A stretch of 64,000 nucleotides of DNA, taken from Lama guanicoe. Taxonomy: Eukaryota. The stretch is taken from NCBI GenBank assembly GCA_013239625.1, contig MU056270.1, positions 496,001-560,000 of the forward strand, written 5' to 3'. Under the pieces are notes generated by a model. The model did no database searches. It saw nothing but the letters and a program-made list of their open reading frames with translations, and was not told where the DNA came from. Below are positions 37,937 through 50,940 of the stretch, piece by piece (positions within the stretch are counted from its first letter, which is position 1; the number at the start of each line of letters is the position of its first letter). The position numbers were made by a program, and so were the translations under genes.

Positions 37937-39179
37937 AGCTGCGCAAGACGCCCCAGGATCCTGCGGTCGCCAGCTGCACAGGTTGCAAAACCCGGAGACA
38001 AGGATGAGGACAGTGGGGCGACTCGCCAGCAGCCCTTGAAGTGTGCGAGCCGGGCTGCCCCCTCCTCCCCTCACCCCCTCGGCCCGTCCTGCCCTCCAGG
38101 TGCCAACATGGCGCTTGGCGAAGCAATGACAGGCGGGGACAGGCTGGGTCTTTAGCCGGGACGCAGAGGAGAGGCTGGCCCACGGCCGGGAGCTGAGCAG
38201 CCACGGGAGGTGGGGCTGGGGGCCTGGTGGCGGCGACCGGCCTGGGCTGCGCCACGAGCCCGTCTGCACACCAACCTTCATTTTAGCACCTGGGTGAGAA
38301 AAAGTTCGTTCAGAGTCTCCGCTTACCTCCTCCCCGCCCTTGGGGGGCTGCCCCTCCTCTGGCCAGGTGCCCCCAGCCCCCAGGGCAGCGAGGAAGGTGC
38401 AGAGGGGCATCCTGGTATTTGACGGCTCAGAGCGGCCGCTTGGGGGACTTAGCGGTGGACTCTCGGGGGGCGGCTGCGGGGAAGGGGGGAGACCAGGGAC
38501 TCTCCTGTCATCGGCAGGGATTGGTGGGGAGCACAACGCCGATGTGGAGTCAGAGCACTGAGGCTCGAAAACCCAGGCGAAGCTGCGAGCCTCCGGGCAC
38601 CCCAGGCGCGGGTCTGTGGCGTCTCAGGAGACCCGTCCTCACCCGTCACGTCCAAGCGCCTTCAGTCTCGGTGCCCGACCTTCGCAAACACGGCGTGGAG
38701 TGTCGTCACAGCAGACAGCCCCAGGGGACCGGCCAGCAGCGAGGCTGCGGCTGTGCCCTCACTTGGGTCACCGGGAAGGTCACTGCCAAATCTACAAGGG
38801 CCCGCAGGGCAGTGAGCTGGTACCTGAGCAGCTTAAAATACGCTGTGCGGTCCTTTCCCCGCCTTCACCCGCCTGCAAGCCCCTGGCGGCAGGTCCGAGG
38901 TCTGGAGAAGGGGCCCGTCTGCCACTCCCTCGGGGTCTCCCGCCCTCACTCACACCCCTGATGCCCGTCCCGGGAGGGGGCTGCTGCGGGGTAAGCACAG
39001 GGGCCCGGCTGTGGAGCCACCCGGTGGGGCTGGTCACGGACAGACAGACGGCACAGCGGACGAGGACCTGGCACAAATCCTCACCGTGTAAATGCTGTGA
39101 TGTCAGTGCTTGCCCATTTGCACCGTTGACCGGGGGGACATGGAGGGAGTGACAACCAAAGCTCTGGGAACCCTGGGGC

Positions 39180-39725
39180 ACAGAGTGGGAGCATCTGTGG
39201 GAAACAGCCCGGCGGTTTCTAAAAATAAAAACCATAGAATTACCGTAAGATCCAGCAATTCTACTTCTGGGTCTGGACCCAACATCACTGAAAGCAGGGT
39301 CTTGAGATGGCAGGAGCAATTCAAGTGCCATCAACACATGATGCCCCTCCACGCAGTGGAGTGCTACTGAGCCTCCAAAAGAGAGAGACTCTGACACCTG
39401 CTGCGCCACAGACACACCTCGAGGACTTACGCCCAGAGAAACAAGCCGATCACAGAAGGACCAGGACTGAATGATTCCACTGGGACGAGGTCCTGGGAGG
39501 AGTCAGAGTCACAGACATGGACAGTGGAGGGTGGGGCGGGGGCTGGGGGAGGGGAAGGGGGAGTCAGGGTTTAACGGGGACAAAGTTTCAAGATGAAAAC
39601 GTTTTGGTCACTGATGGTCATGGTTGCACCACAATGTGAATGTACTTAATGTCACTAAGCTGTCACCTAAAATGTGTAAAATGGTACATTATGTGCATTT
39701 TACCAGTATTAAAAGAAAGAAAAAG
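39180..39725 (+). mobile_element. L1 (L1MB-like) 3' end fragment
   Basis: catagaattaccgtaagatccagcaattctacttctggg...ggttgcaccacaatgtgaatgtacttaatgtcact...aaaatggtacattatgtgcattttacc plus A tail. Confidence 0.9.
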
Positions 39726-40343
39726 TCCTTGCTTTGTGAACCATACACAGAAAAGAACACAAAATCTTGGAGATTCACTTTTGTTGCCGTAAGAATTCAA
39801 AGCGGGAAAGGCCGGGCCTGGGAGGAGGAGAGGGCAAGGGGCGGCCGCACAGGGGCTGAGAGAAGCCTGGACCTCAGTGATGGAAACTGATGGCGCCTTG
39901 GGGGAGGGGACGGGGCACGTGGTTTCTCTCTGTGGTTTCCTGCTCAGATCTCCCGCTTTGCTACTCAGAAGAGACACAGACTCACAAAGGGCCGAAGAGA
40001 AAGGTGCCCCACGCTGGTCCCAGGAAGGCTGGTGGGTCTGGGTGGCCGAGGACTCCCGCATCCTTGGCGCCTGTTCTCCCCGCACCTGCTTCGTGTTTTC
40101 TCCCCCACCGTGTTTCTACACCTGTACCTTTATCTGCACCTGTGTCTCCGTCTACACCTGTGTGTTTATCCATGTCTGTATCCAGACAGTTTTACCTCTA
40201 AAATGCACATTCCCTGAAAGCAAAGAAGAAAAGTTTCTACGACCACAGCACAACCATCCACACCAGGAGGTTAACAACAATGTGAAGATACCACACTGCT
40301 GACCTGTCCACAGAAATGGTCAAGATAGTCAGTTTTATGTTAT

Positions 40344-40588
40344 NNNNNNNNNNNNNNNNNNNNNNNNNNNNNNNNNNNNNNNNNNNNNNNNNNNNNNNNN
40401 NNNNNNNNNNNNNNNNNNNNNNNNNNNNNNNNNNNNNNNNNNNNNNNNNNNNNNNNNNNNNNNNNNNNNNNNNNNNNNNNNNNNNNNNNNNNNNNNNNNN
40501 NNNNNNNNNNNNNNNNNNNNNNNNNNNNNNNNNNNNNNNNNNNNNNNNNNNNNNNNNNNNNNNNNNNNNNNNNNNNNNNNNNNNNNNN
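40344..40588. other. Assembly gap (245 N)
   Basis: Run of N. Confidence 1.
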
Positions 40589-40905
40589 GGGAGCCTGCGC
40601 TCCAGGGCCTGACACAGGACCAGCCTCTCCTGGGCTCTCGGGACCTCAGCGTTTCTGAGGAGAACGACCGGTTACCCGCATGGGGGCCTGGAGCGCGGGG
40701 CATCTGCTGCTCCTCACTGCGGGGCTGAGGCCGGGGGCTCCGGGCAGGAGCCCCGCGGGGACCTGGCGTTGCCGTGTCCCCACCCGACACCAGCTCTGGT
40801 CACCTGGTTGGGGTCTTCGGGGTTTTCCCTGGGCAGGTTTCTGTTTTCTCTTACAATTTATGTGCATTCTGTGGTGAAACACTTTGAGAGCAGGCACGTA
40901 CTCAC

Positions 40906-41345
40906 TGTTTATCGAACGTTCACCCCCGAGTTTTAGCTGCATGGTGATTCCTGCTCGAGCAATCATGATGCTTTTGGCTGCCAGGTGGGCTCTCTGGATT
41001 TCGCTTTCCCTTCTCCACTTCGTAGCTGCATTCTGCCGTGAGGAAGACCTCCCACCTGCTCCCGTGTATGTGCTCATGTGTTGATTTGCCTCCAGATGAG
41101 CTCACAGACTCTGATTTTATTCTGGGGGTGTAGCCTGCTCAGATGCTCAGGGTACCTGGCGTCTGGCCGGGAGGAGCCCCCAGCCCGGCTCCCACGTCCT
41201 GTCTCGTGTCTCGTCTTTGAGCAGGTCCTCACCTTCTGGCGGAAGAAGCAACTCCGGCCTGTCTTGGACTTGCCCAGCCTGGAGTCCGCCGTTCCTGCAA
41301 GTCCTGGATCCTCCCAGGGCAGAAGCTCACTCGGCAACGTAGGAC
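40906..41345 (-). other. Two phase-compatible candidate exons (41345-41233 and 41032-40906)
   Basis: ctcAG|...AAG|GTGAGG and ggcAG|...ACA|GTGAGT, 200-nt intron; spliced open frame PTLPSELLPW...CFFRQK|NAATKWRRESEIQRAHLAAKSIMIARAGITMQLKLGGERSIN. Confidence 0.35.
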
Positions 41346-41421
41346 CTGAGTGTGAGATACGCTGCTTGTTCCCGGGTCTGCTGGCTCCTCAGTCCTCGCC
41401 ACAGAGCACAGGAAGAGCACG

Positions 41422-41695
41422 CATGTCTCTGTGTATGTGTCTATGTGTGTGTCTATGTGTGTGTGTATGCATGTGTGGCTGTGTGCATATGTCCATGTGT
41501 ATGTATGTATGTGTGTCTGTACATGCGTCTCTGTGTATGTATGTGTGTAGATGCATATATGTGTGTCTGTGTGTCTATATGTGTCTGTGTATGTGTATCT
41601 GTACATTTGTCTCTGTGTGTGTATGTGTATATGTATGTCTGTATATGTATGTGTGTGTGTGTGCGTATGTGTATATACATGTATGTGTGTGTACA
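41422..41695. repeat. (TG/TA)n-rich simple repeat array
   Basis: Directly visible tgtgtatgtgtctatgtg-type units. Confidence 0.95.
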
Positions 41696-42384
41696 TCGCC
41701 CCCTGTAAATATATGTCTCTGTCTGGTTGCATATTAGCAGCCCCGACTAGGCCAGCTGCCTGCGGCACCAGCACAGGGGTGTTCAGGTCTCCAGCTCTCG
41801 TGTTCACAGTGATCTTCTTGGGCAGTGAGGAGCCTGACTCCCACCACCCACCGTGTGCCCACCCGCTTGCCTCAGCCCCGGGCGTCTCCAGACCAGTTTC
41901 TCTTTGGCCCCTGCCGGGCCCTCTCCCCCCTCCCCTGGCAGGCGCCCTCTCCAGCTCCCCCTGGCCCTGACCACACCCCACTGTTGCCTCCTTGGCCTCC
42001 TCCAAAGTGTATTTTTTACATAAAATTAAAAACTAGAAGCCGAGGGAAGGGCGGGTGCTCTAATTTGAACACAATTCTGATGCTAACAGAATATTTTCTT
42101 CTTTAATTTGTGGTCTTCAAAAGTATGTGGAAAAAGGGGTAAGGAGGGTAAGAGGGCTGGGGGTGTGGTTCTGGGGGATTGTCTATAAGCTGCCCCCACC
42201 CTCCAACTGACAACCCTTTCTCCAGAACGACTGCCTTCCAGAGCTTCCCTTCGACCACTGGAACTAAAACACACAGAATTTATATTGGAGGACTCCATGG
42301 CAATGATTATAGAACGTGTCATGGGTTTAGCATGAGCTTTCTCAGTGGAAAATTTCCTTTACCTTAACTGTGTGCATTAGACAG

Positions 42385-42600
42385 GACAGACCAGCTTAGC
42401 TGCGTAACAAGCAAGCCCCCCATCTCCTGAAATAAGAGCGCTTTTCCCTTTTCCACATCACAGGTGCCTTCCTCTGATGGCCAGGCTGCCCAGATCATGT
42501 GGCCTCCCAGGTGGGGAGGAAATGGAGGAGCCCCACAGGCTGGAGCTGCCTCCCCTGTGAGTGACAGGTGGCCCAGACGCCCCCCACCCACCTCTCAGAC
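42385..42600 (-). mobile_element. Possible old MaLR LTR fragment (MLT1J/K-like)
   Basis: ttagctgcgtaacaagcaagcccccatctc resembles old MLT1 termini. Confidence 0.35.
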
Positions 42601-43739
42601 TGAGTTATCGCAAACATCACTTCAAATGCATTAAAATGGCGGGGGAATGTAGCTTGGAATTAAGGAAACATGTTATTACTAAAACCTCTTAACTCAGAGA
42701 GAAGGTATGAACGTTCATTTCAATTAGAAATTTGGCAAATTTGTGTTGTATCTTTAAACTTACAGACTTTAAACTCATGCATGTCTTTCTCATTGTTTCC
42801 TTTTCCTCCAGCCAACGCTTGGCTCAGACGTGGATAAACGCAGGCTCAGTGTCGCCGTCAAGCTGCACTCCTTGTCAAGGACCTCGGGCGCCTGGGGGAT
42901 GTCGGCTGCCTTCTCACGAGCAAACTCTCCCTCTGCGGGCAGTCCGAGCTCGGCAAGGACGCGCCCAGACCGCGTGTGTTTCTGTCAAGCGTGAGACCCT
43001 AGTGATTCCCACTTAAAGAGTTTGCCTCATAAAGTAGACGCAGGGTGACCTAATTCTAGGGCAATTCATCTGATTTAAGGAGCAAATGAGGGGATTTAGC
43101 TAGAAATGGGTGTGAGGATGCTCCCACATAAGTGAACAGGGGGGCCACCCCCAAACGTGGTCCCAGGCCCCCGGTCTGACCTCTCTGTGCCCCGCTCTCT
43201 GGAGCCTGCGTCACCAACCCGGGCGGCTCTCAGAGAACTCCGTGTAGACACTGGGAAGAGAAAGCACACCTCCTAAGCGAGAGGCTCCACGTCGGCTGTG
43301 GCTGGGGGCCCGTCAGGGCTGGGGAACGTGTCACACTGTGCAGGCTGTGAGCCAGCACGGAACAATGGAGAGGCCGTGTGTTTTCGTATCAGTGGTTAAT
43401 GAGGAAAACGCACACTGTTTACGCTGGGCGGTGCCAGCTCGGGGCGGCGTGTGGGTGTGTGGGGCCCTCTGTAGTGGGAACCAGCGCGGCGGGTGAGTGT
43501 GGACGAATCACTCGGAGAGGCCCTGCCTCACCCCTCCTCCCAGGGAGGCCACACACACGGGAGAAGCGTGGCTTGGCCGGACCGATCGTGTCGTGGCCTC
43601 CAAGACCCATGAGCACAGTCTTCACACGCAGGGGTTAGAGGGACGTTGCACAGACTTGCGTGGACCCCGCCTCAGGCCCTGGGAGGCGGCATGAGGTCAA
43701 GGAGGAGGCCCATGGTCAGGGCCACACCACCAAGCACTT

Positions 43740-43890
43740 CCGTCCACTGTCTCACTGGTTCCCCTCAGTAGCCCCGTGAAGGAAGGAGGCCAGGCGTCAC
43801 CCTCCCCTTCCAGGTAGGGAAACACCGAATCAAGGGCCAGCCCGCGGGCAGACTGCACAGACTCTGGGCGCTCAGGCTCCAGAGCCGTCC
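43740..43890 (-). mobile_element. MIR fragment
   Basis: cctcagtagccccgtgaagg...cccttccaggtagggaaacaccga...ggctccagagcc. Confidence 0.5.
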
Positions 43891-46129
43891 TGTGGTTCTG
43901 GGTCTCTCTGCTCAGCACAAAACTGGGTGCCTGCGGGTCTGGGTCAGAGGGCGGTGAGGGGTGGGAGCATCCAAGGAGGCTGTCACAGCTCCAGGGCGAC
44001 CCTCCCTCCCTCCTGGGCTCAGACCCCGTGCTGTCGGGCCCTCCAGCTTCTGGGAGAGCCAGGCACCTGAGTCTTGAAAGCCTTCTGGTTTAAGTGCGTT
44101 GGCAACTAATTTGATTTGTTTTTACGTCACACACTGGAGCGAGATTTGGTTTTCTGGTTGCAGCCACGGCCCTGGGGTGTCCCGGGGCGGAGAGGCAGAC
44201 GAGAAGGGGAGGCCAAGACTGGGAGGGGCCCGAAGGAGAGCACCAAGCGTGAACGTCCCTCGGAAAGGTGGAGACCCGAACACAGGAGGAAACAAAGGCG
44301 GGGACCCAATGAGAGCCAGCCCCGCCCCCCCGTCCTGCAGACGAGCCCGCTCTCCGACGTAAATGACGGAAACGAGCCGCTAAACATGAAGGCGGATGAA
44401 CTGAGAAGCGGCTGCTGGGCCAGTCGTGTGTGAGAACGTCCTTGAGAACCTCAGTCACCTGAGGCGTCAGTAACACAAAGAAGACAGGGAGGCAGCAGAG
44501 CAACCCGGAAACCCTGTGGCCCTGCGTGCGCTGCACGCTGGGCACATGGGAGGTGCTGACCGCTGTCCCTGTCAGGTCAGGAAGCGGGTCCCCAGGCCGT
44601 GCGCGAGTTGCCTGAAGCCACCCACAGGAGTCTGAGTCGGAATTCATCCTCTGAGGCACTTTGCTGTGCCCCTCGACCTGCGGGGGACAGAGGTCCCGAG
44701 ACTGGGGGGGGCTGGCCCCCACGGGACTCCTGGCACTCCTGGGGGCTTCCCGTGACTCCCCCCTCTAACCAGAGTGGACAGAGTCTTGCCCAGAAACACA
44801 ACGATACGGACTTTATCGAAGTCTGGTCGCCCACTGATTCCCCAGGGAGTGTTCTCAGCAAGTACCAGTCACGACCCTTTCCTCCAGGAGGCTCAGGGGA
44901 TGAGTTTACACGGAAGAACAAGAGGAAACGAGGCAAGCCCAGGTCCGGGCCCATCCAAGGTGGCAGCCGGGCCACCAGCCCCACTGCACATGTCTGAGTG
45001 GAGGGGCCGCCCCTTTGGTCTCCCCAGGGGCCTGCAGATCCCAGGACACGCATTTCAGCGAGCAACCCCCCGTCACATCACCCCGATGAGCAGAAGTGTG
45101 CAGTGACAGGGGCGGGGTCCTCAGTCTGCAGACAAGGCCTGGGTCCCCGGTCTCCTGGGCACCGGCGTGTGGTGCGGGGAAGCTGGCAGCTGCCGTCAGC
45201 AATGCCTGGGCCTCGTCTCAGATGGGGCAGGTTAAGCCACAGGGCAGGGGCGGTTGAAGGAAATGCAATGTTCCCCAGGCGTTCGTTTCTTCAGTCACGA
45301 GTTAGAGGAACGCACGTACAAGGCTTGTCTGAGGCTGCACAGGCCAGGCAGGTGGCTCGGCCGGGACGGGCCTGGGCACGCGGCCCAGCAGAGGCGCTGG
45401 GTTAGTTCCACAGCTGTTAAGTAATGACTTCCAATGATTTATCTAGCTTAATTTACACAGCCGCCCTCAGAAACCTGTCTCAGTGCGTGCCGGGCCTCTT
45501 ATCTTGAACACGCACTAGCTGGTGAACAGCACAGGGAAAGACCTGAGAGCAGCTCAGTGAAAGGACAAGTCCCATGTGGAAGAAGGAGGGACAGCCAGTG
45601 CGTGAGCCCCGGAGCCCTGCACACGACCCCACGATGGGGACATTTCCCTGCGTCTCCCAGTCACTGTGCCCCGGCGGTGCACGCCGTGACGACCACGGGC
45701 ACTTGGCGCCTTGTCGGGGCCGCTGGTCATGGGCAGCGTGTGACAGAGCCCTTCCAGGCTTCCAAGGCCCATAAAGGAAAGCCGCTGCCAAGGCGTCGGT
45801 GAGACCCTCCCACGGGGCAGCTTGCTCCATGACAGACAGCGACCTTCCCTGTCGCTCTCCGGGGTCTTCACAGACGCCTCTTTCAGGGCCTGGACCTGGA
45901 ACCTGCGCCCAGATCCCAGGGGCCCTGCCCATGGAAGACACCCGCTCAGCCTCGGGGCGGAGCGCCGCCTCCTCCTCCGGGAGGCCCACGGCTGGTCCGG
46001 GCCACGTCGGCCTGAGGAAGCCTCCTCACCGGCCACGTACAGCAAGGACACGCAGGAGTGGGTTTCTGGGAGGTGGTCTGTTTATCACGGAGCAGCTTTG
46101 GAGGAAAATCTCACACTGCCTGTGAGTCT

Positions 46130-46298
46130 GGTGTGTGTGGGGATGGGTACGTGCGTGTGAGTGTGTGTGAGAGTGTGCATGTATGTGTGCTGTGTGTACA
46201 CACGTGTGCATGAGTGCAATTGTGTGTGCGTGTGTACGTGTGCTCATGCGTGTGTGTACACATGCGTGTACATTGAGGGGTATACGTGTGTGTGTGTG
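46130..46298. repeat. (TG/CA)n-rich simple repeat array
   Basis: Directly visible. Confidence 0.9.
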
Positions 46299-47281
46299 GC
46301 CGACTCAGCCGACTCCATCCCTCGGGTCAGCAGAGGGAAACGTAATGGAGGTGACGCAGACACAGACAGACACGTGGGCGGAGAATGGTGAGGCCGCCAG
46401 GAAGACCGAAGTCACCCTTCCCCATGGGACATGGTCTCCCGGGCCCTTCGGTGGGTTTAGTGGTGCTCTGTGTGCACACGTCCTAAAAGGCGCTAAGCAG
46501 GCCCTGAGACGGCGTCTGGCCCCCACCCGGGGGAGGGCTACCTTTTCCAGGAAAGGCGCCTCCTGGACGGGAGGCCTGCAGCCAGCGCAAGGTGACCGTC
46601 TCCCTCCCGCCGCGTGTGTGCGTGTGCACGTGTGCACGTGTGTGTCCGTGTGTAGAGCAAATGCCGCCCCGTCTGACCACAGACGACCTCCCACCTGCGG
46701 CCCAGGCTCCAGGGAGCACCCAGCTCGGGAGCCAGAAAGCAGCCCCCAGCCCGCCCGCCGGGCCTGCGAGGCCTCCGGCCGTCCTAGCAGACGCCAGCTC
46801 GCGGCGACTTTCAGACTCTACGTGGGCGCCTTCTCGGGGCTGGAGCCCCGTCTCCATAGCATTTCCATTTCTTCCTCCAAAAAGGGCAGATGAATCCCAA
46901 CCAAGCAGGTTTGCTCAGGGTCCATGAGCACTGGGAGCCTCAGGAGGCCCCCTGCCAGGCCCGCGCGCGGCGGGAGGACCGGTCCCAGGGCACGGCCTGG
47001 GCAGCGGGGGCGGGCAGCGGGGACGGGCGGGGTGGCCGCCGTGGGCAGCCCCGGGTCGGGGGCCGGGCGCTCTTCCCCTTTTCCCAGTCCGGGGAGTGAG
47101 GTGCACGTCGGTCGGCTCAGGGGTGAGGATGGGGTCTCAGGGTGGAGACACCGGGATGTGGCAGGGGCTCCGTGACCGCCGTGTTGATGCTGGGGAGGCG
47201 ACGTGTGCGCACAGGGACGTGCTGAGGGCCTTCTTCACTGCTGGGAGCCACCACAGCGGCAGGCAAGCAGAGGAGGTTGGG

Positions 47282-47425
47282 TTTTTTAACAACATCACGG
47301 TGATTCAGTTGCACACGTGTGATCTTTGTCCTGTTCTTTTCATCACGGGCTGTTGCAGCCATTGAACATGGCTCCCTGTGCTGCACAGCAGGACCTTGTC
47401 ATTCATCTGTTTCATGTACAGTCAT
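47282..47425 (-). mobile_element. Cetartiodactyl-type L1 3' end fragment
   Basis: gtgattcagttgcac...ttgaacatggctccctgtgctgcacagcaggaccttgtcattcatctgtttcatgtacagt. Confidence 0.7.
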
Positions 47426-50400
47426 GTGGCCTGTGGAGGAGACTGGTTTGTAAAGAACGGTGGAAAGTGTGGGTGTCCCTACGTCAGGCGGAGATGAGAG
47501 GCCTGGGCCGGAGGTGGGGCAGCGCCTGACGCGTCCAGCCCAGCTCCCCAACCTCCTCCTGCCCCCCGGTTCCAGAGGTTCCCTACGGCTCAGGTGCACA
47601 CGCGGCCCCGAGGGTTCATGCCTCAGACCAGACTCTGATGAGGCAGACGCTGGGTTTATCTTGGCAATACCCCACAGGTGGCGAGTTGAACGTCGGTTAA
47701 CTTAAGTCCCTTGCTCTGCTTCCAGAGCTTGTTGGCAAAGTGAGCTGTCAGTGCCTGTCCCGAGGTCGCTCGGTGCTGGAGGACGGCTCCCGGGGCAGGA
47801 GCGGGTCAGCGGTGACACGTGCAGGGGCAGCTCGTGTCCCCTCGGCCTCCTCATCTCCCGGAAGCTAGAACATTTGATGGAGCAGAGGTGGAATGAGTAC
47901 GTCAACTTCCAAATGCAACCTCACCCGACCAGCAGCAATTGTCCGGGTCCTCGTGCGCAGCTGAGCTGGGAACTCAGCAGCTGTGTGTCTTTCCCACACA
48001 CCCCTCATTCAGATCATTTCAAATTTAGGACTCAGGTGCACTCCTGTGAGCCTGGGCCACTGTCCTTGGCTGTGATGACCCCGCCTCTCCCTGCTTGTCT
48101 GTCACGGGGACCGGGGATCGGGCTCAGGAGGACAGGCTGCGTGCTCCCCACGTTCGTGCGTGAAGTCCAGGCTGAGAGACGAGTCGGGCGGTTTCCATGG
48201 ATAGTTTGCTGCTTCGGGTCACCAGGTGGACGAGGCCCTTCTCCTGGCTCGGAGCCCCGCCCACCTGTGCCCTGAGGAGGAAAGAGGGCCGGGCAGGAGG
48301 GCTTCGGGGCAGAGGTGCAGCCGCACCGTGCGCCCGTGTGTCCACGTATTGTCTGCGGCCACTTGCTGCACGGTGGGGTGAGCCGCCTCCGCAGAGACCA
48401 GCCGAAAAGGTTTCCTCTCGGGTCCTTTCCGGAGAAGACTCTGCCGGCCCATTCTGACCTGCGCCCAGTAAAGCACCAAGAGGAGGCCGCACGGGCTCTG
48501 GAACTTTCCTCATGACTAAAGCGCTTCGGGCTGGAAGTTTCCGGGAGTGGCACGTTTGGAGTTCAGAGAGTGTTATCAGGAGCTGTTCCCTTGACCAACA
48601 CGGGGGCCTCCTTAGATAAGCTGCCAGTCGATTCTCGGGCTCCCTGCCGGGGACCTCGTGTTTTCGGGGCTGGGCGCGGCCCCGCTCAACTCTGCCCCAG
48701 TCGCCCAGGCGGGTGGAGGGTCCCCGCTCCCGCCTCCGCCCACGGCCCGGCTCCGCGCGGGCTGAGTCCGTGCCAGGTGCAAAACAAAACCTCAGAAAGG
48801 CGGCCCTCCTCCAGAAGCTTCCGGTCGCACCTGCGCTCCTGGGGACCCTGCAGACAGTGGGCACTTGCAGCTCCCACCGAGAGGCCAGGAGCCAGGTAGA
48901 ACACTGGGCTAAACGCAGCCCTGAAACGGGGTGAGGGTCAGCGCAGCGAGAAAGCAGTGGGAAGAAGGCCTTTTGCCTTCAGCTGCCGGTGATCAGGAAG
49001 CGTTTTACCCAGAATTTTAAAACGTTCCAGCAGAAAGTCAGCGTAACAGAGAGAACCACTTATCAGGTCCTGTGGAGGACGGGCATCTGGGGACAGCATG
49101 GGGCAGAGGGTGCTTGACAGAGACACACAGGGTCCCGAGGTCTGTGACTCCTCTCGTGTCCGAGCCCTGCAGGCCCAGCAAGTCACAGAGCAGCGACGGC
49201 CCCTGCGTCCTGATGTAGAAAGTGCTGATCATGTGATCCAGCAAAGGGGCAAGGAGCGCGAGTCAGACAGCCCAGAGCAGACGCACACGGAAGAGAACGG
49301 AAAGGAACGAATCGGAGGGGAGGTGACGGGGAGCAGGCCCCCCAGGAGAATTCCCCGCAGAGAAACCTCTGGGAACGCCGCCGCGCTGTGCCCCGCGGCC
49401 CCTGTGGGGCCCTCGGCCTGGCCGGGCAGGCGGGCCGGCTCCCTGAGGCCCTCCCACAGGCCCGGGGCGCGGGGCCCCGAGGGATGAGGGGTCGTGGTTT
49501 TCTCCCCTGCGAGGGCTCTTCCGCACTCTGCTGGGGGCCTCTCTGAACCCACCCCGATGCAGGAGGAGGGCGGGTCAGACCACTGGGAAGGACAGACGTC
49601 CCACCGCTGCAGCCACTGCCCTGACCCCGGCCACACCTCGGGAGGTTCACCTGGGGCAGGAGGCCCCACCCAGCTCGCACGGGGTGTGACCTGCCCCTGG
49701 GTGCCCAGCAGCCGGCCAGGCCACTCACTTCACACCGGCCTCCAGGAGGCACCTAAAGCAAACCGACACTCTGGGGCGGGGGCTGCAGCTCCAAGCTCCC
49801 GCTTCAATAAGCTGCTTTCAGGCCATTTTGGTGTCTCTTCTGAGGAAGCCGGCTGGGGACGTCCAGGGCATAAGCCTGGCCCCGCTGTGCACCTGTTAAA
49901 ACCGCCCGGGCCTCCCGCCCCCACCCTCAGGACTCGCCGCGCGAAACATCCCGCAGGGCGCTGCCAGCGTGGCCCCCGGGCGGAGGCAGCTGCTCCCTGC
50001 ACTTCCTGTGTCACACTCGCAATTGGCAGACTGGGGACACCTGACAGGCGCAGGGGGCTGGGGGGATGGCTGCAGCGCGAGGGGAAGGAGCGACACTTAC
50101 CTCCAGTCGTGGAGGGACCGCCGGCCAGACCCCCGGATTGGGTGACTGCTCAAGCGTTAACCTTTTTTTTTTCACTGCAAATACCAGTGTGGACCAGTTT
50201 TGAGAAGGAGTTTGCATGAAAACTGCTCTGCCGCTCGAGAGCTCTGATCAAGAGGCTCCCAACGCTTCGGCGGTGACGAGGACCTGGGTTCCCGAGACGG
50301 TGAGCGTGAGTCTGAGCAGCCTCACAGCGCTGAGTGCAGCCGCCGCCCCCGGGGGCAGAAGCGGCTCCCACCCCACCCCAGCTGGGGCACCTGCAGGCCT

Positions 50401-50760
50401 GGGCCCCGAAGGACTAAGTACCGTCGGGGAAGGAGGGCTCCGGCGTCCCCGAATCCCCCCCTCTCTGCACGCCCACCGCCTGGACCGCCGCTAAAACATC
50501 TCACATTCGGACCTGGGGAGACATCACATCTTCCCTGAGTGTGACTGTCGCTGACACCAAGGGGTCCAGACTGAGCAAAGTTAGAGCAGACTGCGGCTCT
50601 GGAAGTCCGCGTCATGAGCCAAGGAAAGAGGCTGATCCACTGGAAGAGTGAGTTTCGGCTGCGCTGGCCTTGCTGTTTCCTGCAAACCATGGTGTCGATG
50701 CAGGGCTTCCCAGAGCAGGGCATCAACTCTCAGAACAAAAGTGACAGGTTCTGACCCTTC

Positions 50761-50940
50761 CTCCAGCAGAAGGCCCCTCCCCAGTGCCCCCTCCAGCAGG
50801 TGGCCCCTCCCCAGAGGCCCCTCCAGCCGGTGGCACCTCCCCAGAGCCCCCTCCAGCCGGTGGCCCCTCCCCAGCGTCCCCTCCAGCAGGTGGCCCCTCC
50901 CCAGAGCCCCCTCCAGCGGGTGGCCCCTCCCCAGTGCCCA
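50761..50940. repeat. 30-bp GC-rich minisatellite, 6 copies
   Basis: Consensus ctccagcaggtggcccctccccagagcccc with exact 30-bp register. Confidence 0.97.

Noticed and set aside
50761-50940. CRISPR-like array
   Set aside because: Eukaryotic DNA; contiguous 30-bp units with no unique spacers and no cas genes, so it is a minisatellite.
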